Assembly (NCBI GenBank): GCA_002269645.1 | Contig: NIVC01001059.1 | Location: forward strand, 1-64,000 | Direction of reading: 5' to 3' | Source of the DNA: Macrostomum lignano | Lineage: Eukaryota | Length of the DNA stretch: 64,000 bases | In this document: positions 21,201-32,900 of the stretch, in pieces | Layout: each line of letters opens with the position of its first letter | Numbering within the stretch: the first letter of the stretch is position 1 | The notes under the pieces: generated by a model | Seen by the model: the letters and a program-made list of their open reading frames with translations, nothing else | Database searches by the model: none | What the model was told of the DNA's origin: nothing | Position numbers and translations under genes: made by a program

Positions 21201-22656
21201 CCACCTTCATCACCACCAGTCGCCAACTCAGCCTCCTGGCCTACGAGAAAGCGCTACGCTTGTCAGCCTCGCACCCACGCTACCTCGCCGCTACTGCCAC
21301 GGTCCGGCATCGTGCCACCCGCAGCAGCTTGAGGCATCTCGTCGCTCAGCTTGCCGCCCAACTGCCGGCTGAGTTTCGCCACAGCAAGCCACTTCCGGCC
21401 CTGCCGCTCTGTCTCTGGACAGCTCACATTGACTGCTCCTTCCAGTTGAACATTGACGGCAACCTGACAAAGGCCGACGACCCAGCTTTGTTTTACGAAA
21501 GCGCCCTTCAGGCTATTCACCGCATTAATGCGGACGTGATCATCTACGCGGACGGATCCACCGCAGTTGGCTGCGAATTCGGTGGTGCAGCGTCGGTGGT
21601 GACTACGGGTGACCCCGGTGCTCCCTTCATCCTCCACACGGCTCTTACCCGTGGTCGCTGCTAAAGTCCTCATTTGAAGAAGAACAATCGACCTTCCGCC
21701 TTGCCTGCTGCTGGGCTGCGGAAGACGCGAACTCTGGAAGTGTCGCCGTCTGCTCCGACAGCTGGTCCCTGATCTCTGCTCTCGCCGGGGGACGTCGCCG
21801 CGAGCTCTCCATGGTTATTCCTTCTAACATCTGCGCCTTTCAGTGGATCCCCAGCCACTGCAACATCTCGGGCAGCGAGATGGCGCGGACGCTGCGGCGA
21901 ACTCGAACATCGGGCCGCATGCTCATCTAGACGTGCCCCCCTCGCCGTGCCCCCTATTTCCCGGGCCTCCGCGTGTGCTTTCATCTTCCGTCTCCTCACC
22001 GATCCGCCATCCGTCACCGAGCACCACCACACACGGCCTGTGTTTATAGCGCTCTCTCGCATTGGCGCGACAGAGAACAACTCCCCACCAGACAGGATGC
22101 GGTGCTTCTGGGCCTCCTTCGTTCCGGCTAACTGCTGGATCCTACAAGCCTACAGGGCTCTTTTTAATCCAAGCATCGACCCCGGTTGCCCCCGCTGTGG
22201 CGTGGAGGCCGACACGCTTGAGCATTGGCTCTCTGTTGAGCGCCTGGGCTCCTTTGCTTTCAACAACAACAGCAACAACAACAACAACAACAGCAGCAAC
22301 AACAATAGCAACAACAGCAACAACAGTCGTTGAAACAATGAGCTGCGCATCTGCTCCTAACATCCTATTGCGCTATCTGCACTAATACTCTTCCCGGGAA
22401 CTTGAGAAAAGTCCCAAAGCTCAGAGTCACGAGACAGTCTGATTGCCAACTGATCTCATTCTTGAGCTCTTTCGTGATCCCATAAGCTTCCTTCTGTTCG
22501 GGACATGCACTTTGAGAGGCTTAGCCTGTCTGCATCTGATCTTTCTGTGGGGGCTTCTAAGGATAGAGATAGGAATATCTCTGCCTACCGCAGCAGTGAG
22601 AGACGATAGTTGACGCTGCGGGCGTCACTGCTGTACAAGACGGATGCAACTTGCAT
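222..22656 (-). CDS. Polycomb group RING finger (PCGF/BMI1 family) protein, 225 aa; exons complement(22589..22656) and complement(222..831)
   Basis: Exon 2 encodes [34 protein letters not shown]...CPEC...LRQDRVLQDLVYKLVPGL (PCGF RING-HC) and a C-terminal RAWUL-like segment. An in-frame TGA lies upstream of 831 with no ATG, and there is an acceptor ctcag|G at 832/831. Exon 1 MQVASVLYSSDARSVNYRLSLL-CG|gtaggc is phase 2 and joins in frame (68+610=678 nt), giving [15 protein letters not shown]. Paralogue not assignable by eye. Confidence 0.85.
4541..4711. mobile_element. Small MITE-like insertion with GCAGTGGAGC...GCTCCACTGC terminal inverted repeats
   Basis: Perfect 10-bp inverted repeat bounding about 170 bp with GGGGGCAC and TGCCCCCC internal motifs; no clean TSD. 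Confidence 0.5.
5177..6192. mobile_element. About 1.0-kb non-autonomous DNA transposon (MITE) inside the CACTA 5' region
   Basis: TIR GGCATTCTTTcGTTTT / AAAACaAAAGAATGCC; flanks GAAATAAG and AAAATAAG (8-bp TSD, one mismatch); internal GGGATTGTATRA motifs in both orientations. Confidence 0.65.
7214..9176 (+). CDS. EnSpm/CACTA (Tnp2/Transposase_21-like) DDE transposase, split into three ORFs by two single-base homopolymer frameshifts
   Basis: Motifs NFDGVPVYKSSKMCLWPIL, IADAPARAFIQG...ACGYC, (P)EYMHSVCLGVVKRL, FKACEFRTLIVYLAPVL, FNAHLLSHM...GPLDQWSAF(F)FENYNGVLKR match animal EnSpm transposases. Breaks at the C5 run near 8247 and the T7 run near 8745. Acceptor ttttcag|AA precedes ATG 7214. Confidence 0.9.
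10051..11960 (+). CDS. DUF4806-like second (TnpA-analogous) gene of the CACTA element; exons 10051..10905, 11151..11331, 11731..11960 (421 aa)
   Basis: Canonical junctions ATT|gtgagt...tgtag|GTT (phase 0) and G|gtaagt...ttccag|AA (phase 1) give an open 1266-nt frame. LPIKDREEYAAFSNRV...IVAYLRRLGG..V.RMI..M...L...FNLTG...K.SF...II.E.M....VT..EV...ISRYLQD fits the DUF4806 pattern of EnSpm ORF2. Family call is from memory, not a search. Confidence 0.8.
14940..14993 (+). mobile_element. 5'-truncated start of the LINE interrupted by the BEL/Pao element
   Basis: Reads ESSPATGQCAQIWRRATI and continues as IPLLKK after removing 14994-20134; the 5' boundary is approximate. Confidence 0.7.
14994..15293 (-). 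repeat. 3' LTR (300 bp)
   Basis: TGTTAAATCG...CCAGAACA, identical to 19830-20129. Confidence 0.97.
15294..15305 (-). promoter_or_regulatory. Polypurine tract
   Basis: Minus strand GGAAGGGGGGAA directly abuts the 3' LTR. Confidence 0.85.
15829..19804 (-). pseudogene. BEL/Pao gag-pol polyprotein (DUF1759 gag, CCHC knuckles, aspartic protease, RT, partial RNase H fused to the integrase C-tail); four frameshifts and one nonsense codon
   Basis: QLQRVAIPSFSGDKRQYEGWK...KLLQLRQCLQGDA (gag); CRVCEGSH..WEC, CFHCLGVNH, CGVDDCQGKHH*; INALLDDAST (protease); WYLPHFPV...KVRIVFDAS...GPKLQ...DIEEMY...FGVNCSPFLA...YMDD (RT); LHVFVDASQVAYGA...KARVAPL..SIPRLEL (RNase H); ends RTGGGTVLRPVTKLCLL. Confidence 0.93.
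19810..19827 (-). promoter_or_regulatory. Primer-binding site complementary to the 3' end of initiator tRNA-Met
   Basis: TGGTAGCAGAGCGTGGTT lies 2 nt after the 5' LTR; plus strand AACCACGCTCTGCTACCA resembles the metazoan tRNAiMet acceptor end (...CTCTGCTACCA). Confidence 0.85.
19830..20129 (-). repeat. 5' LTR (300 bp)
   Basis: Identical to 14994-15293. Confidence 0.97.
20130..22326 (+). mobile_element. Degenerate non-LTR retrotransposon of the I group (Ingi/Nimb-like): RT, RNase H, C-terminal Cys/His finger and (CAA)n tail
   Basis: IPLLKK..KPASLTTSYHPVSL, QAGFR..HGCED, LPQGSVLSSLLFIIYIN, YAEDVAI (RT); IIYADGS...EFGG, SSFEEE, CSDS, FQWIPSHCNISG (RNase H); CPRCGVEADTLEHW; (CAA/CAG)n at 22261-22326; many frameshifts. 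Confidence 0.88.
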
Positions 22657-24929
22657 CAAAACTGTGTCAACGGTCTGCTCTCTACTTGGTGTACAAATAA
22701 TTCCGGCCAAAATTTCGTGACATTTTGTTTGAACCTTCGATTCCATTTACGAGTAATAACAGCGCTTTCGAGCTGGAATTGAAGCAAATCTAAATTTGGC
22801 GAAAGCCGACAGCCATCCAATGCAATTAGCCCGATTAATAGACAGAATTCTGGCAACAGCGGCTTTGATGGGAGACTGACAGTTGCGTGATTCAATTATC
22901 AATAACCTCCTGTAGGCAACAACCGCTTGCGTGCGATATGCCTTCGGATGCGTCATCACTGATTAACCGATTCTTGAGTCTTCCGACTGCTGAGCACGAT
23001 TTTGCCCGTATAAAAAATTTGAGCCTCATTTCAGGCAGCAATATTTGCGATATTTCTGCGCATGATTTTCAAGGAACTGAGCACAGCCTATAGCATTCAT
23101 TAATTTAGAGTGCAAATCTCTATATTCATAGGAGGAGGCGATGCACATTCAAGACAAATTCTTGACAATTCAGCACCTTAGAAATGCTCAAAAGTCATAA
23201 GGATTTTTTTAACGTCTGGAGTCTGGAGTGACTCATAGGTAACATGAAACTTGCTGTAGATGTGCGGCATCACAGTTTAGTACTTTGTGAACTTTTGATT
23301 TTCTGTGTTGCCCCTTTGTCAGAGTGGGGAACTGAGGCTAAAAATAGCTTTAAAATTGTCCTATCTAAACTGTTACTCCGAACAGCTGTTGACAGTGTGC
23401 TGCAGATGGAAACTCGCCATCACAGCTTGAGAATTCAACCCAAACTGAGCCTTCGCCACAAATTAAAAGCGAAAAGCGAGAAGAACGCCAGATGTCTCCT
23501 TCGCTCACTTTGGATTTAAATATTCATAAGGCCGGACTCTGCTTATCCGGAGCAATTTGCAAGCAAATTTAGTTGGCGGCTCCGAAGGTACTCCGCTGCT
23601 GCAAGCGGCCTCCCGAGGGGCTGCTCCCTCTTCCCCTCTCTCTCTGGCCTGAACGTGCTCAGCTCTGCCAGGCCTCTGCCTTCTTTGGGGAGAAGTTTAT
23701 TTAAATAATGAATTAGTTGAGCCACATTTTTCCCTCCTTAGGAAACTGCAGCAGGTCGCGGGGAGGGCCACGCCTGCTGTCATGCTTTTTCACTTTTTTG
23801 CAGATCGCTTTCCCCACAGGGGCAGGCGAGCTCGGGGGGGGGGGCTTCACGTGAAACTGCCGGGGAGCTTGGATTGTCCGTCAGCCCGAATTTGCGGCTC
23901 GCTCCGGCCCGCATGAACAGCGGGAAATTTATGTCCAACTCGGCCCCCCTTGACGGGCTCTGCTTTCGCGGAAGAGGGGAGGGGAGCCGTAGCGGAATAG
24001 AAAGGTGAGCGCAGCTTGAAGAAAGAGTCCGGAGAGGCGATCCGCTGCCAGGGGAAGAAGGGAGGGAAGTGCGGAACCGAATGGAGTGCTCAGGAGGGCG
24101 GTAGCCGGCTTGAGCTGCCCCGGCAGTCCTGGAGTAGCCACTCGAATCACTGCAGCTCTCTCTTCTCGGCCATCCGGCCGGGTTGCTCACTCACTCGGCC
24201 GGGCCAAGAGTGAGCGGCCATTGCAGCAGTCGGAGAGGGCTGGGCTGACAACTTGAAGCAGCCCCTGCGCTGCGGCAGCCCTGCTGCTGTTACTGATTTC
24301 GCACTCACAGCATGCAACTTCCGGCTCCTGAGCTCTCTGCCCCGACACCTGGCCTGCAGGGCCTGTGGGTTTGCTGTCCGATGAGCAGCTTCCAGTCTGT
24401 GTGAGCAGCCGCAGCAATCAGCTGGCGGCCCTCCAAAGCTGCCGCACTGTTTTCATTAGCCAAGGGCCGCCCGCCTGCACTATTAATAAATGCGCGCCGG
24501 CAGTCAATCGGCTGATTGCGGCTGGAGATTCGCGGCTTAGCAGGGCAGCCCAGGGACAATTTGTTGATTGGAAATCCTTCATCGACCCCGCAGCGGAGAG
24601 ACTGGGGCGGGGCTGACCAAGCTGTTAATGCTGTGGAGTGCATAATCCATGCACGAATCGGGCAAGCTGAGCACTTGATGAATCGAAGTACGAGCTTGAG
24701 CCGAAAGTTAATGGACAATTTTTAGACTCCCCCGCCACCCCCCCCCCCTGCATCCGGTCGCCCCGGCAACGAGCTGGCCGATTGACTGGCCTTTCCAGCC
24801 CGCCTGCCCGTGGCCCCACCCCCGCCGTCGTGATGCCACCCATTAACCACAGTGGGTGACATCCGAGCACAGGGAGAGGTGGCAGTCCCGCGCTGCTGTT
24901 CCCCCATCTTCACCTGACCTCCGCAGTTC

Positions 24930-25335
24930 TCTTCTTGGACTCTTGGATATCAAGGCGGTTACCATGGCCCTCTCAAGTCAATGCCAGCTTTGTTAGGCGT
25001 GGCTACCCCAGGAGAAAGCCGCAGTGAGGATGCCTATTCTGCCTCTCCGGTGTCGAGATTGCGGAGCACTTGATCTGTGAATGCCGCGCCTTTACTCAGG
25101 ACTGGCTCACCTACCTCGGCCCAGATCTCTCCCAGACGTTTACAAGCCCGAGGATTTCTACCAGCTCGTCCGCTACCTAGGGGGCTACCTGGCGAGCGAA
25201 CATCCACCTCTGGGACTTCCCGTGGGGCACCGCTCTGCGGACACCGGCACTACCAGAGCACCAACTGCCCGTGGTCGACAGGGGCTAGCGGAATGGGCGG
25301 GATGCCCCGAACCTCCTGCAGCCAAGTCAAGTAAG
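24930..25335 (+). mobile_element. 3' fragment of an R1/Loa-like LINE (C-terminal zinc finger and 3' UTR)
   Basis: Frame reading CLFCLSGVEIAEHLICECRAFTQDWLTYLG, then KPEDFYQLVRYL; ends in CAAGTCAAGTAAGT short repeats. Confidence 0.5.
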
Positions 25336-26234
25336 TCGTCCAGCTAAAAGTTTGCCAGCATTTGAGTCTGTCAAGAGTCTCCGCGGCTTTCAGGCTTTCG
25401 CCAGTTAATTACCATCGTGCAGATAATCAAAATGACTCGATTAAACGATTTCACGGAGCTGTCTCAGTAGATGTCTCTCATTCAGGCTCGCAAAGCCGTG
25501 GCTAATCCAGTCTCCCATTACTCCGGACTCGTGCGGAAGGAGAAGCGGCAGCGGGCAGGATCTGCGAGCAGGGAATTTGATGCAGGGATTCGATAAAATC
25601 AATCTCAGCAGCATCTTCCCACGCACCGGGACGCAATTATGGCCGGGCCACCTGCCTCCCAGCTGCAGAATCCTTCATCTCTTTCCTATCACGCCGAGAG
25701 CCGTAACTCACGGGAAGGAGCTGGCAGGGCATTCAGTCAGAGAGGATGTGTTGGGCATCACTGGGACTGTGCCGCGCGCTCGCACAGACAGAGCCACCGA
25801 GGTAAGGGGAGGATTATCCCATCGGACCTGTGTTAGCTGAGAGGCCGGCGGCCTAGGGGGGAGGGGGGCAGAGAGGAGCGGCGAGGACAAAATTGAGGAG
25901 TGGTGGGCGGTTTGGCGGAGCGGGCGGGCGGGCGCTCCGGCCAGTTTGGCAAACTGAATAATGCATCGCAAATGCGGCTGATACACGCCGGCGCAAACAC
26001 TGCAGCGCCAAGTCGTCTCCCTTCTCCTCTCTATCATCGCCTGACCCGCCATTGGCTCTGCCGCTCTGTTGAGCTGCCCAGCCGGGATTGGGGAGCCGCC
26101 CGGCCTCAAGAGGAGCCTCTCGCGCCGGCCCCTTCGTCCGTGTTGCTGCGCGGAACAGGGGAGTCGTGCCGAACCATTTCCCGAGAGAATCCGCGCGCGA
26201 CCCGAGCTCGGCAGGCCGGCACCCTCGAGCGAAC

Positions 26235-26354
26235 ATGCCGGCGCCGATGCCGCCTGACGGTCACGTGACCCTGCGAGGTGACAAGACGCGGCAGCAGTTG
26301 CCGCCTCAGCGACAGTCGATCCTGCGCAGACTACCGAGGCTCAGCCTGTTCAAG
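26235..26354 (+). CDS. Candidate alternative first coding exon of the PDZ gene (MPAPMPPDGH...RRLPRLSLFK|gtgaga)
   Basis: ATG, 40 open codons and a strong phase-0 donor compatible with the phase-0 acceptor at 32769. Confidence 0.4.
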
Positions 26355-28464
26355 GTGAGAGCCTCTGGCTGTGGAATGCGGCATTGCGGGAAAGATTGGC
26401 CCCGCAGATTGGGGCGGCAGTTCGGCTGTCAGTCCGGAATCGCGACACGAAACCCGCAATCGGCCGCTCCAGGAAAAGTGCAGCGATCGAATCCCCGCAT
26501 CCCTTCTTCTCGGGTCCCCGGCTCGTCCCTATTCTGCCTCTCCCACTTCCCTGCGCCCTCAACTGAAGCTGCCCTCTCGTCTCTTCAGTCTCCCCCACTC
26601 TTTCGTCGCCTCTTCAATCGAATGCTCGAGTAAACCCACTCTGGAGTGGCTGGATAAGACAAAAATTCACTACAGTTCGAACTCGGGAGCCATCATTGCC
26701 CGCCACCCCCGATCGTACCGACTGGCAGTTCCCATTCGTGCCACAGTTCAGGGAACTGCCACTGAGCTGATATTTGCCAGTAGGAAAACTGTCTGAGACA
26801 CCCTCAGACAGCTGAGATCTCTGTCAGCGAATGCAACTGCACTGCGGCAGGCTGGGTGACTTTCTGAGCCTGCAGCCTCAGGTGATCCCCAGCCCCGGCG
26901 CCGCTTCCCCATCAATCTCGGGATTTCTCGCGCCCAGGAGGGCTCTAGCCGCTGTCACTCTTCCCTCTTCACCGACCAATATTCCCACTTTTCATTTCCA
27001 CCCTTCCATTCTTGCTTCCTCTCTCTGCCTGCCACTCGCTGGGAAGTTTTATCCCGCGTCCCAGCATCTCTGCCTCATCGCCCCAGGCGCCCTGGCATTG
27101 TTTGTATTATCGATCCCAACCTAAGACTTCTCCTTTCCCTTCAGCTCACCCATTTTGCTCCCCAATTCTAAGAATTTGCCACTCTAGGCACCAGACCAAT
27201 GCAGCAGATGTGAGCAGATCCCCCCCTGCTTTCTGCTCCCGGCCTCGGGCTCTCGAGAAATTAACAGGCACTCATCATGTGCGCCTTCTTGCTCCCTCGC
27301 GCAGCTGCTGCTGGGCAGGTGCAGCCTCTAGCAGCAGATATCCACCTCATCCTTATCCGGGATCGCCCACACCATGCTTCCCTGTCCAGCCCAGGCCACG
27401 GTGCCTAATCAGCCGTGACTTTCGCTGCCCGCCGGGCCTCGGTCCTCCTTTGCACTCAAAGCGATGCTGAGGATTTCGCAAATGGCATCCATAGTGAGGC
27501 TGGGAATCGGTTCCCTGTAATGCTTTTTGCCCCCCAGGCTGAAAATAGAATCCCGAGCCAGCAAAATTCCTGCTATGTGCACTTCTCACTCTTCTCACTA
27601 CACCGCTATTTCTTACTGAAGCTGCGGGCTTCCCGGCCTGCCCGCCACGAGTTTGTTCCCAATTTTACCCCCCCCCCCCTCAATTTAATATTTAGTCTCC
27701 CAGTCAGTTCTCTGACACATTTATTATCCCTCCCCGCCTTTATCTCCGCCCGGCCAGCCCAGCTGATCCTACAGGCGGATTAGCTGCCTGCCCTGCCCAG
27801 CCTCCCGAACTGCCGGGCAGAAAGTGATGAAGCAGCCGCGGGGAGGCTGGGCGGGGCTGAATAATAATTTAATAAGCGCCGCTGCGAGCATGAAAGGGGC
27901 CGGCCGGGGCCGCAGGTCCGCGCACCCCTCGCCTGACTTTTAATCGCCTCTCCCGACTCGCGGTAGGGGGGCAGAATCAATTTTTCTGCCTGGAGACTCG
28001 GGACAGGCGGAGTCGAGGAGGCCGCCGAGCTCGGATTCCGCCTGCCAGTCTGAATCGATTGCGCAGCTGCCGCGCGAAGGAGATTGAGCACACAGTCTTC
28101 GCGTGCTCAAGTCAGGCAGCCTTTCGGAGACAGGGCGGGCGATTGACATGAGTGGGAGTTCTCCGACGGGGTTCAGCACTCTTCTTTGCCCCCTGACCCT
28201 CCGCAGCCGCTGCTGGTCCCAGAAATTTCCTGTCTCAGAAACGACAGACGAATGCTTGCAGTCCCTCTGTGTAAACATTTGAATGCGCGAATATATTAAT
28301 TTTGCCCCACTGTGTATGCACAGCTGCGCTACTGACTACTTAGACCAGTAGATAGCGAGTGCGTGCTGATTCTGAAAAAAAATATCTTCATTTCTTAGAG
28401 AAACTACACGCAGTTTAGATCTGCAGATGCATGTACACTCTCGCACATGCAATATATTGGCAGC

Positions 28465-29025
28465 TAGATTGGCTATCCATTTGGCTGCTTCATCATCCTA
28501 GATTAGCAATCTATTTGGTTCCTTCATCATCCTAGATTAGCAATCTATTTGGTTCCTTCATCATCCTGGATTAGCAATCCATTTGGTTCCTTCATCATCC
28601 TGGATTAGCAATCCATTTGGTTCCTTCATCATCCTGGATTAGCAATCTATTTGGTTCCTTCATCATCCTAGATTAGCAATTCATTTGGCTCCTTCATCAT
28701 CCTAGATTAGCAATCCATTTGGTTCCTTCATCATCCTAGATTAGCAATCCATTTGGTTCCTTCATCATCCTAGATTAGCAATTCATTTGGCTCCTTCATC
28801 ATCCTAGATTAGCAATCTATTTGGTTCCTTCATCATCCTGGATTAGCAATCCATTTGGTTCCTTCATCATCCTGGATTAGCAATCCATTTGGTTCCTTCA
28901 TCATCCTGGATTAGCAATTCATTTGGCTCCTTCATCATCCTAGATTAGCAATCCATTCGGTTCCTTCATCATCCTAGATTAGCAATCCATTTGGTTCCTT
29001 CATCATCCTGGATTAGCAATCCATT
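28465..29025. repeat. 34-bp minisatellite (GATTAGCAATCCATTTGGTTCCTTCATCATCCTA)n
   Basis: Direct periodicity, e.g. 28501 and 28535. Confidence 0.95.
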
Positions 29026-29980
29026 TTATTCACAATCTCAACTGGTTAGACTAGCAATCCGTTGGATTCCTTCCTCCATACTGGCTAGATTAGCAATCCA
29101 TTCTGTTATTAAAATAACAGGCTAGGCAGGGGTCCATACCGGAGCATACCCAGCTACATGCTAGACTCGCATGGAAGGCCGCACCCAAGTTTGTCCTCAT
29201 GCTTGAAGGTCAAACCAAAACCGCAGCTGACCATCGAGTCAGCTGAGGAGTAAAGCAGGTTGAGGAAATTGAGTCATAATTAAGGAAATGAAAGGCCCGC
29301 AGCATGCAGTAGCACCAGGTCACGTGAGGAAGCCGCCAGGCTAAATGGAGCGAGGCCAGGCTCAGGACTGAGCTCTCCAGGCACTTGCTACATGCAACTG
29401 CTGCTGTTGCTACCCAAACTGCTACAGCAAGCGAAATCTCTTTGATCTCAGCTGAATGTACTTTTACAGTCTCTTGTGGGTCACAGTTTCGTGAGGATGG
29501 CCTATTTAGAAAGCTACGAGTATATTAACCCGCTTTCGCTTGTCCACCACTTCTTTGCGAGCCCGAGTGAGACCAGCCGTCATGAATTTCCACAGTCAGC
29601 AGCCCAACCTGTCAGCCGGTGTCAGGCCGTCCAGTGAAATCCGAGGCCGCCTCCGTAGCAGCTCATCGGATTGACTCGAATCATTTCTCAGCCTCGGGGA
29701 ATCAATCGCTTCAAGATGGAGCTGACGTCCAGCTTTCTTCTCTTCCAACTCCCGCTGGTTTTGCATTTCACCAACTGAGTGCCCTGAGGGATCTGGGAGG
29801 GCGTGCTGGGCCTGCAGCGCGGCTGCATGTCGATGTCTTTGGGGGTTGCGAGCCCAGCCAATAGCAGCCCGCCTATTCAGCGATTCAGGGGAAAGACGGG
29901 AGAGGTGAAAGAAAGCAGCGCTTAAGAAACCGCCCGAATCTTCGCCTTCCCGCGCCGCTCTCCTGCTGTGCTTGCCAAAC

Positions 29981-32900
29981 ATGTCGCTTCCGTCTCCGGC
30001 CCTGAGCCGCAGGAGCGGCAGCTCGAGTCATGTTACCTACAGTCCTCTCAGCTCGCCAGGACTCAACCGGAAAAAGCCGTTGACATGCAAATTGCTGCCA
30101 CAAAAGAAGAGAATTTTCCCCATAGACAACGAATTGGACAGGCCAGCGTCTCCGGCCGCTGGCGAGCTGGCCGGCCGACCAATAATTAGGGATAAACGCA
30201 TCAAGGATTTGTTCCGAGCAAGCGTGAGTGTCGTGACGAATGTAACACTAAATATACGTGTCGTGACGTATGTAAAGTCGCGAGGTACAAACCATTGTTG
30301 GGGTGGTCTATTTCGGTAGTCTAACTAGAGCATCTATTTCGTTTATTCTACTCCCAGAGGATCAATTCCTCAATGTGTGGCCAAAGCATCGAATTAGTTG
30401 TCCATGACCAGAATACCAATTCTGCATAGTCTATGGTAGCGGGAACCAATTCTGCATAGTCTATGGTAGCGGGAACTAATTCTGCATAGTTTATAACTAG
30501 TGGAAACCAATTCTGCATGGTCCATGGCTAGAGAGAACCAATTCTGCATAGTTTATGGCTAGAGTGCACTAATTCTGCATAGTCTAGAGAGAACCAATTC
30601 TGCATAGTCTATGGCTAGAGAGAACCAATTCTGCATAGTCTATGGCTAGAGAGAACCTATTCTGCATAGTCTATGGCTAGAGAGAACCAATTCTGCATAG
30701 TCTATGGCTAGAGAGAACCAATTCTGCATAGTCTATGGCTAGAGAGAACTAATTCTGCATAGTCTATGGCTAGAGAGAACCAATTCTGCATAGTCTATGG
30801 TCAGAGCATTGAATCAGTAGTCCATGGCCGGAGCATCGGCCAGGTCCCCAATTTGCGTTACACAGTAATTTCTGTCCAGAGCGTCAACAAAGTCATCTGA
30901 CATCTAGGGACCGTGCATGAAACGAACAGCCTTCTGCACCTCTTCTGCTATGGTCTGCACAGCTAAAACAAGAAGCAAATCACTTAAAATGCATTAACAA
31001 ACGTCAGTTTTGATTCTTAACAGTCGAAGGTCTCGCTGCAATTTATCACTTGATTATTTTGCTGCCACTCCACCCGGCGGGGACCGGATCCCTTCCGGCG
31101 AAGTCTACAATGCCGAAACAAATGCATGGGATCGGCCAATTGCGAAATGGAATTGGCCTTTCGCTGTCGCGAGGTTGAGGCCCGCGGGGAGGCCCGCGCT
31201 GGGGGGCGACTGTCGCAGACGTCCTGCAGATGCTTCCAGCGGCAAAGCCCGGGCTGCAGTTCCCGCCGCCGTCACCCGAGACGCATTGAGAAAGGCACTT
31301 GTATAGCGAAGACTGCGCTGTGACCGAGTGGCCAAGAGAAAATGCGGGGGGGGGGCGTTCCGTTGCTTCGGGTCTGAAAGGAAAGTTAAAAGAAACAGCA
31401 CAAGATGCTGGTACTGCCCGCTGCACAAATCCTCGACCTCAGGGTGTTTGAGGGGCGGAGGAGGGCGCGCGCGCCGTGGCCGCCTGCGCAGCGCAGCAGC
31501 CGGGCCGGTCCGTAATTGCGCAGCTTGCTGGGTAGTTAATTTCTGCGCCGCGATGCCCCGCTAAATGTCTCTTGGCGAGTCACCCAACACCGCACCAACA
31601 GTTTGTCCTCGGGTCAGTCACGGGGCTGCTGGGATTAGCCTGGGCGAGAAATCCTGACTGACCCCCCGGGGTGGCGAAGAAGGTCACTGCTGGGAGATTC
31701 GTTTCGCAAAAGGGGAAAATAAACACAGCAGGAGAACTGGAATGCCCGCCCCATCAGAGAGATGAAGCCCCGAGTTTCCCAGCCAGCCTCTCCACCTTGC
31801 CGCTGTCCCGTGGGAACCCGGCCGGATCCGGTGCCAACTTGCCAGACCGCGCCATCCAAGGAGCGGAGCAGCTCCCAGCTCGCTGCACACTCTGTGGCCC
31901 GCCAGCAGCTGCGAATCCCCAATTAGGCGCCGGGTCTCACAGGCCGGGGCCCGAGCTGTCCTGAACCCGTGCCAGCTGTCGCCCCAAAACCCGAAAAACT
32001 GGGAGCTCGGATCCGCCACCAGTGGCTGCTCCCCGCGCCTTAATCAATTCGACAGTCAGGCGTTCCTCAGCCCTCCCTCCTTCCATCTCCCTTCTTCCTC
32101 TCGCATTCCAGCATCCGAGACGCCCACTGTAGCCAGCCGCATGATGCCGCATCTGCTTATCTCGCATTCTCCCGACTCCCGACCAGCAGCCTTCCCAGCC
32201 TCATCCTGCACTTTCCCGCTTTTCTCTCGCTCTCTCTCGCTCTCTTCTATTTCCCCAGAAACCACAGCGCCAGTGGCCAGCCGAAGGCTTCGCGGGGCGG
32301 AGATGGGCTGATGGGGCTCAGTGATGAAGCAAGCAGTGCAGGAAGCTGAGAGAGGCGCCTCGAAAAACAGCCACAGGAAAAGCACACCTGCCTCATTCTT
32401 TTCTTTTCTTTTTCTCCTATCGCTTCCCGCCACTCTTTCACTCAGTCACCGCCCTCGCGCCGCGGTCATTCAAGCTGTTCCGGGTGCACCCGCTCCGCCC
32501 TCGCGGGCATCCATCTCGGCGGCTGGAACCTGCCAGGCTGCCCGATGCGCAGATTCCAGCATCCCTCCTCCCGCGGCCGGCTCTGACAGCTCCAGACCCT
32601 AATTAGCAAAGCGAGAGGGCGCCAGTGCGGCATAATCGGGCTTTCAGCGCATTCGGAGCCGCAAACTGACTCGCTGACTGACAAGCCCCGCTCCCGACCC
32701 CTCCAAAACATCCCAATTTTTGTTCTCCATCAGTTACGCTCGCGCTGTTACTCCGCCTACCTGAACAGGATATCCGCTGCCACTCGGCCCCCAACTCGCC
32801 GCGGGTGTCCTACTGCACCTCCCCCGGCCCTGGCAAGCTGCCGCTGCAGCAGACATGCGGCCCCGCTCAGCAGGATGCCGCCAGCATCCGCAGGCAGCGC

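Noticed and set aside
22142-22385. Poly-Leu, poly-Val and poly-Thr/Asn ORFs
   Set aside because: Translations of the LINE (CAA)n tail
23500-32700. Numerous 60-180-aa GC-rich ORFs
   Set aside because: No domains or consistent splice structure beyond the exons listed; expected by chance at this GC content
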